A stretch of DNA of 63,738 nucleotides, filler included, from Licmophora abbreviata (taxonomy: Eukaryota): the NCBI GenBank assembly GCA_900291995.1. It is 18 parts of 18 records of this genome, joined end to end, with 100 filler letters (N's around TTAATTAATTAA, not from the genome) between each part and the next. Parts side by side here need not be neighbours in the genome. Positions count along the whole stretch, not along the records: positions 1 to 5,348 come from OLMU01000985.1; positions 5,449 to 14,146 come from OLMU01000986.1; 16 more parts are not named here. One strand, given 5' to 3'. Positions 1-10,559 of this stretch are shown piece by piece. A model generated the notes under the pieces. It was not told the DNA's origin. It saw only the letters and a program-made list of their open reading frames with translations, and did no database searches. The translations under genes were made by a program, and so were the position numbers. Position 1 is the first letter of the stretch, and every line of letters starts with the position of its first letter.

Positions 1-2
1 GT

Positions 3-581
3 ATTTTCACCCCGACCGAGGCCGCCATTGTCGCCACTGTCTATGCCCTCGCCGTGGGGGCATTTGCCTATCGCACCCTGAATGTGAAGACGCTTTTCGA
101 TGCGTTGGGGGATGCGGCGGCTTCTTCTGCGGTGGTGATGCTGATCGTGGCCTATGCCAGCCTGTTTGGCTGGGTGGTCACAGTCGATGATCTGGTGGGC
201 AGCTATTCCACGGCGCTTTTGGGTGTGAGCGAGAGCGGTTGGGTGATCCTTCTTGTGGTCATGGTGATCCTGCTGCTGGCCGGGATGTTCATGGACCCTG
301 TGACCGTCATGTTCATCGCCCTGCCGATTTTCCTGCCGGTGGCGCGTGAAATGGGATGGGATCCGGTCTGGTTCGGGGTGCTTGTCATGGTCAATCTGGC
401 CATCGGCCTGATCACCCCGCCCGTCGGGATAAATCTCTATGTGGCGGCTAACGTGACCAAGCTCAGCATCGAGCGAGTGGCACGAGGCACAATGCCGTTC
501 CTTCTGGCAAGTCTGGTGGGCCTGATCGTGATTGCGGCGGTGCCGCAGATGTCGCTGATGTTGGTGGAATGGTTGCGATAA
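3..581 (+). CDS. dctM: TRAP transporter large permease (DctM family), 5'-truncated by window edge
   Basis: Frame reads IFTPTEAA at the window start; hydrophobic; C-terminal DPVWFGV...GLITPPVGINLYV motif typical of DctM. Confidence 0.9.
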   Translation: MFTPTEAAIVATVYALAVGAFAYRTLNVKTLFDALGDAAASSAVVMLIVAYASLFGWVVTVDDLVGSYSTALLGVSESGWVILLVVMVILLLAGMFMDPVTVMFIALPIFLPVAREMGWDPVWFGVLVMVNLAIGLITPPVGINLYVAANVTKLSIERVARGTMPFLLASLVGLIVIAAVPQMSLMLVEWLR

Positions 582-606
582 GAAAACGGAAAGAAAGGGT
601 TTGAGT

Positions 607-1365
607 ATGCAGGCAGCAATCGTAACGGGGGCCGCGCGCGGCATAGGACTGGCGACGACGAAGCTGATGGTGGCCGAGGGCTGGCAGGTCGCGATGATTG
701 ACCGCGATGAGGCCGCGCTGATGGCCGCGGCGGAAGAGCTGGAGAGTGTCCTTCCCGTGGTTTGCGATGTCTCGGACCCGGACCAGGTCAGCGCCATGAC
801 AGCCAAGGTGATGGACCGCTTCGGGCGCATAGATGCCTTGGTCAACAACGCAGGTGTGGCAGACTTCCGGCCCCTTGCAGATACCGATCTCGCGATCTGG
901 CGGGAGGTGATGGCCACCAATCTCGATGGGGTCTTCCTGACCAGCCAAGCGGTTCTGCCCCATCTGAAGGAGACGCAGGGCGCGATCGTCAATATCGCCT
1001 CGATCTCGGGTCTCAGGGCCAGCACTCTACGGGTTGCGTATGGCACGTCGAAAGCCGCCGTGATCCATCTGACGCGGCAGCAGGCGGCCGAGCTGGGGGA
1101 ATGGGGGGTGCGGGCCAATTGCGTGGCGCCCGGTCCGGTGGATACCAAGCTGGCACTGGCCGTTCATTCACCGGCCATTCGCGCCGCCTATCACGATTCC
1201 ATTCCCTTGAACCGCTATGGCAGCGAACTTGAGATTGCCGAGGCGATCGTCTTTCTGTGTTCCAGACGCGCCAGCTATGTCACCGGGCAGGTGATCGCCG
1301 TGGATGGAGGGTTCGACGCGGTGGGCGTCGGGTTGCCGGCGCTGCGGGATCAGCAGTCGAGCTGA
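607..1365 (+). CDS. Short-chain dehydrogenase/reductase (SDR)
   Basis: TGAARGIG, NNAG, YGTSK (YxxxK) and YVTGQVIAVDGG motifs; start could instead be TTG 601. Confidence 0.92.
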   Translation: MQAAIVTGAARGIGLATTKLMVAEGWQVAMIDRDEAALMAAAEELESVLPVVCDVSDPDQVSAMTAKVMDRFGRIDALVNNAGVADFRPLADTDLAIWREVMATNLDGVFLTSQAVLPHLKETQGAIVNIASISGLRASTLRVAYGTSKAAVIHLTRQQAAELGEWGVRANCVAPGPVDTKLALAVHSPAIRAAYHDSIPLNRYGSELEIAEAIVFLCSRRASYVTGQVIAVDGGFDAVGVGLPALRDQQSS

Positions 1366-1529
1366 CCGTCACTCCGCGAAGCTGGGGTATCCGGGACCAT
1401 TGACGCCCTGCAAAGCGCCGCGCGAGGACGCTTTGATGAAGGGCATCGGGGTCAACCCGGATGTGCCCCAGCCGTGCTTACCGTATGAGCAAGCAGATTG
1501 GTCAAGGCAATCTCAGGGATCGAAAATAT

Positions 1530-1606
1530 TGGTCGGAGTGAGAGGATTCGAACCTCCGGCCCCTGCCTCCCGAAGACAGTGCTCTACCAGGCTGAGCTAC
1601 ACTCCG
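1530..1606 (-). tRNA. tRNA-Pro, anticodon CGG
   Basis: Reverse complement CGGAGTGTAGCTCAGCCTGGTAGAGCACTGTCTTCGGGAGGCAGGGGCCGGAGGTTCGAATCCTCTCACTCCGACCA: D-loop, CTGTC/GGCAG anticodon stem, GTTCGAATC T-loop, encoded CCA. Confidence 0.97.
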
Positions 1607-1718
1607 ACCGTGGAACAGGCGATTACAGATCGTTGCTGCGCTTTGCAAGGGGGATTCGGGCGGGCGCTTGTATTCACGCGCGATGATCCACATTCTGACA
1701 TCATGGGGTGACGCTGAG

Positions 1719-3311
1719 ATGATGCAGATGGTGACGGCCCTTGGCGGGATAGGCTTGTTCCTGCTGGGCATGAAGATCATGACAGAGGCGCTGCGCGAGG
1801 CGGCGGGGGCCGATCTGCGGCGGTTGCTGGCGCGCTTCACGACGACGCCGCTGCGCGGTGTCGCCAGCGGTGCCACGACCACGGCGGTGATCCAATCCTC
1901 ATCGGCGACGACGGTCATGACGGTGGGCTTTGTCGGAGCGGGGCTGCTGACGTTTCCACATGCGCTCGGGGTGATCTATGGCGCCAATATCGGCACCACG
2001 GTGACCGGTTGGATCGTGTCGCTGGTGGGGTTCAAGCTGAAGCTGGGCGCGGTGGCGATGGTGCTGCTGTTCGCGGCGAGCCTGAGCCTGCTGGTGTCGC
2101 AAGCGCGCGCGGCGCGGATCGGGCGGATCGTGGCGGGGTTCAGCCTGCTGTTCATCGGGCTGGACATGATGCAGGAGGGGCTGGCGGGTGCTGCCGACTG
2201 GCTGACGCCCGAACGCCTGCCGGGCAGCGGACTTGGCGGGATGCTGGCGATGGCGGCGTTGGGTCTGGTGCTGACGGTGGTGATGCAATCCTCGTCGGCG
2301 GCGGTTGCGGTGGTGCTGGTTCTGCTGACCACGGGCGCGCTGCCGCTGGTGCAGGCGGCCGCGGCCGTCATCGGCATGAACCTTGGCACTACGTTCACGG
2401 CGCTTCTTGCGGCGCTTGGCGGATCGCGGGCGATGCAACAGACATCGCTTGCCAACCTTCTGTTCAACGTCGGCACCATGCTGATCGCGTTTCCGGCGCT
2501 GTGGCTGATCGCGGGACCGCTGGAAACCTTGGCGGCGCAAGCCGGACCGGATACCGCATTGGTGCTGTTTCACACTGGGTTCAACCTGTTGGGGACGGCG
2601 GTGTTTCTGCCGATGACCGGGCAATTCGCGGCACTGGTGGAGCGGCTGCGCCCGGCGGAGGGCGGAGGCGGCGCGCCGCAGCTTGACCCGCGCTTGCTGA
2701 GCGATGAGGGCGCCGCGCTGCAGTCGGCGCATGGGACGGTGACATGGGCCGCACGCGAAGTCTTTGCGGCCTATGCGGCGGCCCTTGGACCGCAAGGGGA
2801 TCTGCGGCGGCTGTCGGCGCTGGAGCCGCGGGTGGGCATGGCGCTCGACGATCTCAAGGACTTCATGGCGCGCATATCGGTGCCGAGGGACAAGGCCGAC
2901 GAAGCTGCTGTCTTTGCCGCGCTGATGCATCAGGCGGATCATCTGGTGCGGTTGCTGGAGCAAAGCCGGCGGCGCGGCTTCATCGCCATACTTGGCCGAG
3001 AGCCGGTGACAAAGCGCCCGGCACAGTGGTTCGCGGGCTGCCTGTCACCACGCGGGGCGCTGGACCTGCCAGATATCGGCGCAAGGATGGCGCGGATGGC
3101 AGGGCCGGTGGCGCATCGCTTTGCGCGGCATCGGCGCGGTCTGCTTCTGGGAGAGCATGCGGGGATCTATTCGGTGCAGGACACGTTCGAGACCACCGAT
3201 GCGATGCGGTGGCTCACGCGGATCATGCACAATGTCCAGCGCATCGGAGAGTATGACCACGCGTTGGGCAAGCATTTGGGGCGGCCCGACAGGACCGCCC
3301 CGGATGTCTGA
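1719..3311 (+). CDS. Na/Pi cotransporter family protein
   Basis: GGIGLFLLGM start, two QSSSA repeats, GANIGTT/GMNLGTT motifs, helical C-terminal domain; start codon approximate. Confidence 0.9.
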   Translation: MMQMVTALGGIGLFLLGMKIMTEALREAAGADLRRLLARFTTTPLRGVASGATTTAVIQSSSATTVMTVGFVGAGLLTFPHALGVIYGANIGTTVTGWIVSLVGFKLKLGAVAMVLLFAASLSLLVSQARAARIGRIVAGFSLLFIGLDMMQEGLAGAADWLTPERLPGSGLGGMLAMAALGLVLTVVMQSSSAAVAVVLVLLTTGALPLVQAAAAVIGMNLGTTFTALLAALGGSRAMQQTSLANLLFNVGTMLIAFPALWLIAGPLETLAAQAGPDTALVLFHTGFNLLGTAVFLPMTGQFAALVERLRPAEGGGGAPQLDPRLLSDEGAALQSAHGTVTWAAREVFAAYAAALGPQGDLRRLSALEPRVGMALDDLKDFMARISVPRDKADEAAVFAALMHQADHLVRLLEQSRRRGFIAILGREPVTKRPAQWFAGCLSPRGALDLPDIGARMARMAGPVAHRFARHRRGLLLGEHAGIYSVQDTFETTDAMRWLTRIMHNVQRIGEYDHALGKHLGRPDRTAPDV

Positions 3312-3329
3312 GCCAGACGGCGCCTGCGC

Positions 3330-4436
3330 TTAGAGGCTGGCGTCGAGGGCTGCGATCACGGCATCGCCCATTTCCGAGGTCGAGACGGGCTGAACGCCCT
3401 CGTCGCCCAGAAGATCGGCGGTGCGCAGACCATCGGCCAGCACCTTTTCCACGGCCTTTTCAAGGCGTGTCGCCTCGTCCCCGGCATCGAAGCTGTAGCG
3501 CAGCGCCATGGCGAAGCTGAGGATACAGGCGATCGGGTTGGCCTTGCCCTGCCCCGCGATATCGGGGGCCGAGCCATGCACCGGCTCGTAGAGCGCCTTG
3601 GGACGGCCATTGGCCATCGGGGCGCCAAGGCTGGCCGAGGGCAGCATGCCAAGGCTGCCGGTGAGCATCGCGGCCAGATCCGACAGGATATCACCAAAGA
3701 GGTTGTCGGTCACGATCACGTCGAATTGCTTGGGCCAGCGGGTGAGCTGCATCGCGCCGGCATCGGCGTACATATGCGTCAGCTCAACATCGGCGTAATC
3801 GGCGTCATGCACCTTTTGCACCACTTCGCGCCACAGGATGCCAGATTCCATCACGTTGGCCTTTTCCATCGAGCAGACCTTGTTGCCACGGCGGCGGGCC
3901 AGTTCGAAGGCGGCGCGCGCGACGCGGTCGATCTCGGACTCGGTGTAGCGTTGGGTGTTGATGCCCACACGCTCGTTGCCTTCTTCGAAGATGCCGCGCG
4001 GCTCGCCGAAATAGACACCCGAGGTCAGCTCGCGGACGATCATGATATCGAGCCCGGCGACCACATCACGCTTGAGGCTGGAGAAATCGGCCAGAGCGTC
4101 AAAGCACTGCGCGGGGCGCAGGTTGGCGAAGAGGTCCATTTCCTTGCGCAGACGCAGAAGGCCGCGTTCCGGCTTGAGCGAGAAATCAAGCGTGTCATAG
4201 GCCGGGCCACCCACGGCGCCCAAGAGAACCGCGTCCGCCGCTTGGGCGCGGGCCATGGTGTCATCATGCAGCGGTGTGCCATGCGCGTCATAGGCGGCGC
4301 CACCGACGAGATCCTCGCTCACGTCGAAGGGCATGTCGCGCTTGGCGCCATACCAGTCGATGATCTTGACGACCTCGGCCATGACTTCGGGGCCGATGCC
4401 ATCGCCGGGCAGGATCAGAAGCGAGGGGTTGCTCAT
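3330..4436 (-). CDS. leuB: 3-isopropylmalate dehydrogenase
   Basis: [45 protein letters not shown]. Confidence 0.98.
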   Translation of the reverse strand: MSNPSLLILPGDGIGPEVMAEVVKIIDWYGAKRDMPFDVSEDLVGGAAYDAHGTPLHDDTMARAQAADAVLLGAVGGPAYDTLDFSLKPERGLLRLRKEMDLFANLRPAQCFDALADFSSLKRDVVAGLDIMIVRELTSGVYFGEPRGIFEEGNERVGINTQRYTESEIDRVARAAFELARRRGNKVCSMEKANVMESGILWREVVQKVHDADYADVELTHMYADAGAMQLTRWPKQFDVIVTDNLFGDILSDLAAMLTGSLGMLPSASLGAPMANGRPKALYEPVHGSAPDIAGQGKANPIACILSFAMALRYSFDAGDEATRLEKAVEKVLADGLRTADLLGDEGVQPVSTSEMGDAVIAALDASL

Positions 4437-4524
4437 TGGGCGTGTCCTTTAGAATTGAGAGTTCCGCAAATCGCTATCCCGTCGCCGGGGAATGGTCAAG
4501 AAAGCCGATGGGGACGCGCAAGGC

Positions 4525-5680
4525 TCAGGGGAGGTCGATATCCACCCAGACAAGACGGTGGCGGCTGGCGGTTTCGACCTCGGCCAGAGCGGCGCCGGAG
4601 GCGGGCCAGTGCACGCCCGCGTCCCGCAGGATCAGATCCGCAGATGGCAGGATGTAATCCACGCGACGGGGGCCGGGGCCGGGCGGCGGCCAGTCGACGG
4701 TATCGAGCGAAGGATCGGCACGGCGTGAGGGGTTGGGACGCAAGCTTGCGGGACGGCGGGGGCGCGCATCCCGAAGCCGGGGGTCTGACAGCAGCGCCAG
4801 AAGCGGCGCCTTGCGCCCCTCGCCCTCGGACGGCGACAGATTGATCGCTCCGAGAAGCGCGAAGCGGCTGACGGGGGTGGGGCCGAAAGCGCCATCGAGA
4901 TACAGGCGCCAGAACCGGGTTTCATCATGGTTGCGACGGCCATTGCGATCTTCGGGGCCGTCGAAGACCGGCGCTGTGGCATGGTATGTCAGGATATGGA
5001 ACGGACCCGAAGGCAGGATCACCGGAACCACCCAATGCGCCACGGACGAAAGGCGCTGTATCGCCTGCGCCTGTGCCGAGGGGAATGGTGCGCCGTTGAT
5101 CGACGGCAGCAGCGCGCCGGGAAGATCGGACCAAAGCAGTCCCGAGAAGTCCTGCAGTCGGGCGGCATCGACGGGATAGCGCGACAGGATCGCCATGCCC
5201 CCCTGCCCCGAGAAGGCCCCGTATCCCTGACGGTCCGAGGCGTCGCCGGTGCGCCCGTCGCCATCCATATCAAGCCCGGTGGGCATCCCGGTGTTGGGTC
5301 TCAGCGCAAAAAGATGGGGATACGCGACCCCTTTTGGGCGATGCTGTCNNNNNNNNNNNNNNNNNNNNNNNNNNNNNNNNNNNNNNNNNNNNTTAATTAA
5401 TTAANNNNNNNNNNNNNNNNNNNNNNNNNNNNNNNNNNNNNNNNNNNNGAGGGCCAGCAGATCCATGTCGTAATCGATGCCCTGCAGAACGATGATGTCG
5501 GCCCGTGCGCGCGCGATCACGGCGGCCACGGCGAGCACCTGAGGATCGTCGCCACGCCGGATGTCGCGCAAAAGAAGCCGGGGCCTTCGCGCTCAAGCTC
5601 GGTGTGGAAGGTGGCCGAGGCGCAGGCTGTCGGCCATCGCGAGCGAGGCCCACCAGACCGTCAGAAGTGCTGTCAGGCCT
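4525..5680 (-). CDS. Endonuclease/exonuclease/phosphatase family protein, split by a linker, with frameshifts near contig ends
   Basis: C-terminal part has GMAILSRYP, RNHDE, RVDYILPS, ASRHRLVWVD; N-terminal pieces (ADSLRL, TFHTELEREGPG, ADIIVLQGIDYD) at 5449-5680 lie in shifting frames; start approximate. Confidence 0.8.
5349..5448. other. Artificial contig linker, first of 17 (others start at 14147, 19618, 25868, 33288, 39902, 41768, 43336, 45491, 46889, 49982, 51340, 52793, 55067, 57687, 60793, 62585)
   Basis: Identical N44-TTAATTAATTAA-N44 spacer giving stops in all six frames. Confidence 0.98.
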
Positions 5681-6512
5681 GCTGCAGCGCCTCGGATTCG
5701 GCGCGGGCATAGGCGCGTCTGCGCTTTTCCTCGATCATCTCGGCAATGCGGGACATCGCGATACCGCGCATCAACATGCTTGCGGGAAGGAAAGCCCATG
5801 CGGTCATCGTCCAGATCAGGGTCTGCGAATTGGCGATCGAGATCGGGTCGATCAGATCAGATGCCGCCTTGATCGCCGCCGGGATCAAGAATGGCAGCAA
5901 ACTTCCTAACACAATGTTAAGACCCGCATCACGCTTGAGCCGATGGAGCACATCGCCGCCGCCGGTCGGATCGAAAAGCGGCAGGTTCACCCAGACGTTG
6001 AAGGCGCCATTGCGGATCGGCCAGCCCTGAAAGCGGACGCAGGTGATGAAGACGAACATCATCACGATCGAGATCGTGTAGGATAGCCCCGCCGCAGTGC
6101 GTACCGACGTGACAAGCTCGGGGCTGGCATCTGCGGGCAACATCAGCACCACGAGCCGCACCGGCGAATAAGGGAAGTCGATCGCCTGCCCCAGCCCATT
6201 GCCGAGCGTCGTCAGGAAGATCGTCAGCTCGGAGGGATAGGCCTCGCCGCGCAGGATCAGGGTGAGCAACAGGACCGTCAGAAAAAGGCCCACGAACTTG
6301 AGCCGGTTGAAGGGCGGCGCGAAGCGGAACTCGACGATGCTGGGATAGCGCCCGTAATATTCGATGAAGGTCATCAGGGATGCGAGGATCGCCAGAACCA
6401 TCACCAGCTGTGCCGTATCGGAGGACACGGACGGCAGCAGAAGCGACGGAGTCGCTATCAACAACGCCACCAGAACGGCGCGCGCAAGCGCATTTACCAC
6501 CTGTGAAACCAC
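5673..6512 (-). CDS. Hypothetical multi-pass membrane protein
   Basis: 279-aa ORF with several hydrophobic segments and coding-like codon usage; no motif recognised. Confidence 0.75.
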   Translation of the reverse strand: MVSQVVNALARAVLVALLIATPSLLLPSVSSDTAQLVMVLAILASLMTFIEYYGRYPSIVEFRFAPPFNRLKFVGLFLTVLLLTLILRGEAYPSELTIFLTTLGNGLGQAIDFPYSPVRLVVLMLPADASPELVTSVRTAAGLSYTISIVMMFVFITCVRFQGWPIRNGAFNVWVNLPLFDPTGGGDVLHRLKRDAGLNIVLGSLLPFLIPAAIKAASDLIDPISIANSQTLIWTMTAWAFLPASMLMRGIAMSRIAEMIEEKRRRAYARAESEALQQA

Positions 6513-6816
6513 TACCCGATTCCCTTCAAACTGGTCCGGCCCGGTTCAATGCCACGCCGTTGTTCCAACTTGATCCCGCCAAATGTGACGGCTTGCCCCA
6601 ATTTGGTCCAACTTTTGCCCACTTTCGGCCCCCGGCTCAACCTGTTGGTTAACAGGACCCGTTTTTTGGGGCCGATTGATGGAAAGGGTGGTGCGGGAAT
6701 GCATCATTTCCGGTGCGGAAATTGGGCAGGCTTGTGGTTGGCCACAACATGTTGGGGAAAAAGGAAAATCCGCCACAATTCGGGCAAGCTATCCTGCATG
6801 CAGAAAGGCACAACAG

Positions 6817-6849
6817 AAAAACCGCCGCCGGGGCGACCCGGGCGGCGGC
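6817..6849 (-). terminator. Intrinsic terminator after leuD
   Basis: GC hairpin gccgccgcccggg/ccccggcggcgg followed by a T-run on the minus strand. Confidence 0.7.
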
Positions 6850-6885
6850 ATGTCAGATACGCAAGAAAGCCGGTTGCGGCGGCGC

Positions 6886-7491
6886 TCAAACCCAGGGGCG
6901 GGATGTGGCGGCGCTGGCTTCGAACGTGTCGATGGCCGAGGCCTTTTCAAGTGTCAGGCCGATATCGTCGAGCCCTTCCAGAAGGCAGTGCTTCTTGAAC
7001 TGATCGACCTCGAACGCGATCGTTTCCCCATCCGAGGTGGTCACGGTCTGGTTTTCCAGATCGACGATCATCCGCGCGTTCGAGCCTTTCTCGGCGTCCT
7101 TCATCAGCAGATTGACCTTGTCCTGCGGCAAGGCGATCGGCAGGATGCCGTTCTTGAAGCAGTTGTTGAAGAAGATATCCGCAAAGCTGGGCGCGATGAC
7201 GCAGCGGATGCCAAAATCCTTGATCGCCCAGGGCGCATGTTCGCGCGAGGAGCCGCAGCCGAAATTCTCGCCCGCGACAAGGATCTCGGCGTCGCGATAT
7301 TGCGGCTTGTTCAGCACGAAATCGGGCCGTTCGTTGCCGTCATCGTCGAAGCGCATCTCGTCGAACAGGTTCTTGCCAAGGCCCGAGCGCTTGATGGTCT
7401 TGAGGAACTGCTTGGGGATGATCATGTCGGTATCGACATTGATCAGCGGCATCGGCGCAGCGACGCCGGTGAGTGTCTTGAACTTTTCCAT
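6886..7491 (-). CDS. leuD: 3-isopropylmalate dehydratase small subunit
   Basis: [36 protein letters not shown] overlaps the leuC stop (ATGA). Confidence 0.97.
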   Translation of the reverse strand: MEKFKTLTGVAAPMPLINVDTDMIIPKQFLKTIKRSGLGKNLFDEMRFDDDGNERPDFVLNKPQYRDAEILVAGENFGCGSSREHAPWAIKDFGIRCVIAPSFADIFFNNCFKNGILPIALPQDKVNLLMKDAEKGSNARMIVDLENQTVTTSDGETIAFEVDQFKKHCLLEGLDDIGLTLEKASAIDTFEASAATSRPWV

Positions 7492-8894
7492 CACATCATC
7501 TCCCGGACATCGGTCAGGCGGCCTGTCACGGCGGCGGCGGCGGCCATCGCGGGGCTCATCAGATGGGTGCGCCCGCCACGGCCTTGGCGGCCTTCGAAAT
7601 TGCGGTTCGAGGTGGCGGCACAACGCTCACCGGGGCTCAGCTGATCGGGGTTCATGGCGAGGCACATCGAACACCCGGCAAGGCGCCATTCGAAACCGGC
7701 CTCCTTGAAGATATCGGCCAGCCCCTCTTCCTCGGCCTGGGCGCGGACAAGGCCCGATCCGGGCACGACCATAGCGCGCAGACCGTCCTTGATCTTCTTG
7801 CCCTTGACGATCGCGGCGGCGGCGCGCAGGTCTTCGATCCGGCCATTGGTGCAGGAGCCGATGAAGACGGTGTCGATCTCGATCTCGCTCAGCTTCTGAC
7901 CGGGCTTGAGGTCCATGTATTCCAGCGCGCGACGGGCGGCATCCACCTTGCCGCCGGTGAAATCCTCGGGCGCGGGCACCACATCGGTGATGGCAAGGAC
8001 GTCCTCGGGGCTGGTGCCCCATGTGACCACGGGCGCGATATCCTCGCCCTTGAGCGTCACGACCTTGTCCCAATGCGCGTCGTCATCAGAATAGAGCGTC
8101 TGCCACCAGGCCATCGCCGCTTCCCACTGAGCGCCCTTGGGTGCATGGGGACGGCCCATGATGTATTCGAAGGTCTTTTCGTCCGGCGCGATCAGGCCGG
8201 CGCGGGCGCCACCTTCGATCGCCATGTTGCAGACGGTCATGCGGCCTTCCATCGACAGGCCGCGGATCGCCTCGCCGCAATATTCGATGACATAGCCCGT
8301 GCCGCCGGCGGTGCCGGTGCGGCCGATCACCGACAGGGTGATGTCCTTGGCGGTGACACCGGGGCGCAACTGGCCTGTGATCTCGACCTTCATGTTCTTC
8401 GACTTGGTCTGGATCAGGGTCTGAGTGGCCAGAACATGCTCCACCTCAGAGGTGCCGATGCCATGCGCCAAGGCGCCGAAAGCGCCATGGGTGGCGGTGT
8501 GGCTGTCACCGCAGACCACGGTCATGCCCGGCAGCGTCCAGCCCTGTTCAGGCCCGACGATATGCACGATCCCCTGACGGATATCGTTGACCGGGTAGTA
8601 GTGAATGCCGAAATCGCGCGCGTTCTTGTCCAGCGCCTCGACCTGAATGCGGCTTTCCTCGTTCTTGATACCTTCCAGCCGGTCTGGCGTGGTGGGCACG
8701 TTGTGATCCGGCACCGCGATGGTGTTTTCCGGCTTGCGCACCTTGCGCCCCGCCATGCGCAGGCCCTCGAAAGCCTGCGGGCTGGTCACCTCGTGAACGA
8801 GATGGCGGTCGATATACAGAAGGGATGTGCCATCCTCGGCCTCGTGCACCAGATGCGCATCCCAGATCTTGTCATAGAGTGTCTTGGGGGACAT
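7491..8894 (-). CDS. leuC: 3-isopropylmalate dehydratase large subunit
   Basis: [56 protein letters not shown]. Confidence 0.98.
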   Translation of the reverse strand: MSPKTLYDKIWDAHLVHEAEDGTSLLYIDRHLVHEVTSPQAFEGLRMAGRKVRKPENTIAVPDHNVPTTPDRLEGIKNEESRIQVEALDKNARDFGIHYYPVNDIRQGIVHIVGPEQGWTLPGMTVVCGDSHTATHGAFGALAHGIGTSEVEHVLATQTLIQTKSKNMKVEITGQLRPGVTAKDITLSVIGRTGTAGGTGYVIEYCGEAIRGLSMEGRMTVCNMAIEGGARAGLIAPDEKTFEYIMGRPHAPKGAQWEAAMAWWQTLYSDDDAHWDKVVTLKGEDIAPVVTWGTSPEDVLAITDVVPAPEDFTGGKVDAARRALEYMDLKPGQKLSEIEIDTVFIGSCTNGRIEDLRAAAAIVKGKKIKDGLRAMVVPGSGLVRAQAEEEGLADIFKEAGFEWRLAGCSMCLAMNPDQLSPGERCAATSNRNFEGRQGRGGRTHLMSPAMAAAAAVTGRLTDVREMM

Positions 8895-8949
8895 GGGTCC
8901 TCTCCCGTTTGGCGATGTGTGAAAGTGGCTCAACAGGTCTGGTCCCGCC

Positions 8950-9036
8950 TCATAGGCGGGCCAGCACCGTCAGGGACGCGCCGAAGAACCGCCAGGGCAG
9001 TCGCGCGCGATCATCCATGTCGAAAATCCGTTTCAT
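8950..9036 (-). CDS. Candidate 28-aa leader peptide upstream of leuC ([28 protein letters not shown])
   Basis: Intact short ORF, too small for the ORF track, ending 55 nt before the leuC ATG; stop codon lies inside hairpin cccgcct-cat-aggcggg. Confidence 0.55.
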   Translation of the reverse strand: MKRIFDMDDRARLPWRFFGASLTVLARL

Positions 9037-9101
9037 GCGAGTCAGATACAGTCGATCCCCCCTTCTATCAAGAGGATTGGCGACATGGCCCCGCGCCGCG
9101 C

Positions 9102-9180
9102 GTTTCTTCTGGCCGGAAATATCCCGGGGGCGTCGTTGAAATCCCTCTTGGGGGATTTCAACGGCGGGGGCAGGGCCCCC
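9102..9180. repeat. Intergenic palindromic (REP-like) element, copy 1
   Basis: gtttcttctggccggaaatatcc (23 bp) is identical at 35373; long internal hairpin; ends ggggcagggccccc. Confidence 0.75.
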
Positions 9181-9195
9181 ATGACGACGGTTCCG

Positions 9196-9897
9196 TCAGT
9201 CCGGCGCCAGCATGTAGCCTTCGCCGCGCACCGTCTGCAGGTAGCGCGGCTGTTTGGGATCGGATTCGATCTTGCGGCGCAGACGGGTGATCTGCACGTC
9301 CACGGCCCGTTCCTGCGCCTGTCCGCGGTCGCGGCCCAGATCCTCGACCAGCTTGGCGCGGGTGACGGGCTGGCGCAGATGTTCGGAGAAGATGCGCATC
9401 AATTGCACCTCGGTCGCGGTCAGGCGGATCGGGTCGGTGCCGCGCATCAGTTCGGAGCGTTCCATATCGAACCGCACCTGCCCCATCTGCAGCATCTTGG
9501 GCATCACGGTTTCCGGCTCGGGATCGGGCATGCGGCGCAGGATCGCGTTGATCCGCAGCAGAAGTTCCTTTGGCTCGAAGGGCTTGGGCAGGTAATCATC
9601 GGCCCCGGCCTCCAGTCCGGCAATGCGATCCTCGGTCTCGCCACGGGCAGTGAGCAACAGGATCGGCGTTTGCAAGCTGGTCCGCAGTGACCGTGTCAGC
9701 GCCACGCCGTCTTCGCCGGGCATCATCACGTCCATCACGATCAGATCAAATTCCAGCCCCGCCAGGACGCGCCTTGCATGGGCGGCGTCGCGCGCGACAG
9801 ACACCAGAAAGCCATGCCGCGCCAGAAACTTGCGCAGCAAGCCCCGGATGCGTTCATCGTCATCGACGATCAGAAGATGCGGATGTGGATCGCTCAT
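9196..9897 (-). CDS. petR: OmpR-family response regulator (PetR-like)
   Basis: Receiver motifs VDDD, DVMMPG, GADDYLPKPF plus winged helix RAVDVQITRLRRKIE, YLQTVRGEGY; coupled to an upstream MarR gene. Confidence 0.85.
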   Translation of the reverse strand: MSDPHPHLLIVDDDERIRGLLRKFLARHGFLVSVARDAAHARRVLAGLEFDLIVMDVMMPGEDGVALTRSLRTSLQTPILLLTARGETEDRIAGLEAGADDYLPKPFEPKELLLRINAILRRMPDPEPETVMPKMLQMGQVRFDMERSELMRGTDPIRLTATEVQLMRIFSEHLRQPVTRAKLVEDLGRDRGQAQERAVDVQITRLRRKIESDPKQPRYLQTVRGEGYMLAPD

Positions 9898-10391
9898 GTG
9901 TCCTTGTCCCTGATCGCATGGTAACGCCGACGCATGTCCGGGTCCATCATCGCTTCGAGCACCTGTCGGAAGCCTGCCACGGCCTCGGGACCGGCGGCGC
10001 GATAGGCGGCGCGCATCCGCGCGCGTTGGGCATCCGACAGTCGACGCTCGAGCGCCTGCCCGGTTTCGGTCAGGTGCAGGTGCCGTTCGCGCTTGTCGGT
10101 GGTGCCGACGCGGCTTTCGACCAGCCCGTCCTCGATCAGGGTCCGCAGCACCCGGTTGAGCGATTGCTTGGTCACGCCGAGAATGGCCAGAAGGTTGTTC
10201 ACGGTCGTGCCGGGTATGCGGGATATGAAATGGATCGCCCGATGATGCGCCCGGCCATAGGCGAGGGTGGCAAGGATACGGTCGGGATCGGCGGTGAACC
10301 CGCGATAGGCGAAGAACATCGCCTCGATGCCCTGGCGCAACTGCTCATCTGTCAGGAAAAGAAGGGTTTCACCGCCTGGGCGTTCGGGCAT
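9894..10391 (-). CDS. petP: MarR-family regulator (PetP-like)
   Basis: LFLTDEQLRQGIEAMFFAYRGFT, TKQSLNRVL, DKRERHLHLT; GGAGG RBS before ATG 10391. Confidence 0.85.
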   Translation of the reverse strand: MPERPGGETLLFLTDEQLRQGIEAMFFAYRGFTADPDRILATLAYGRAHHRAIHFISRIPGTTVNNLLAILGVTKQSLNRVLRTLIEDGLVESRVGTTDKRERHLHLTETGQALERRLSDAQRARMRAAYRAAGPEAVAGFRQVLEAMMDPDMRRRYHAIRDKDT

Positions 10392-10559
10392 GGTCATCCT
10401 CCAGTCACGACGATGGCGTGCGGCCATATATTATGTCAGCTTTATTGACATTCCAAGGGTGAAATGATAGCGAATCTCAGTTTCGTTGTAATTTTATGTC
10501 CGTCCCGGACATTTTGAGCGCAACATATGGAAATATCTAGCCCAAAGAGGAGATGGACC

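Noticed and set aside
1366..1529. Integrase remnant next to tRNA-Pro
   Set aside because: No tyrosine-recombinase motif identifiable in the frames examined
5286..5680. Frameshifts in the EEP-family gene suggesting a pseudogene
   Set aside because: They cluster at contig ends in an assembly with Ion Torrent traces, so indel errors are more likely
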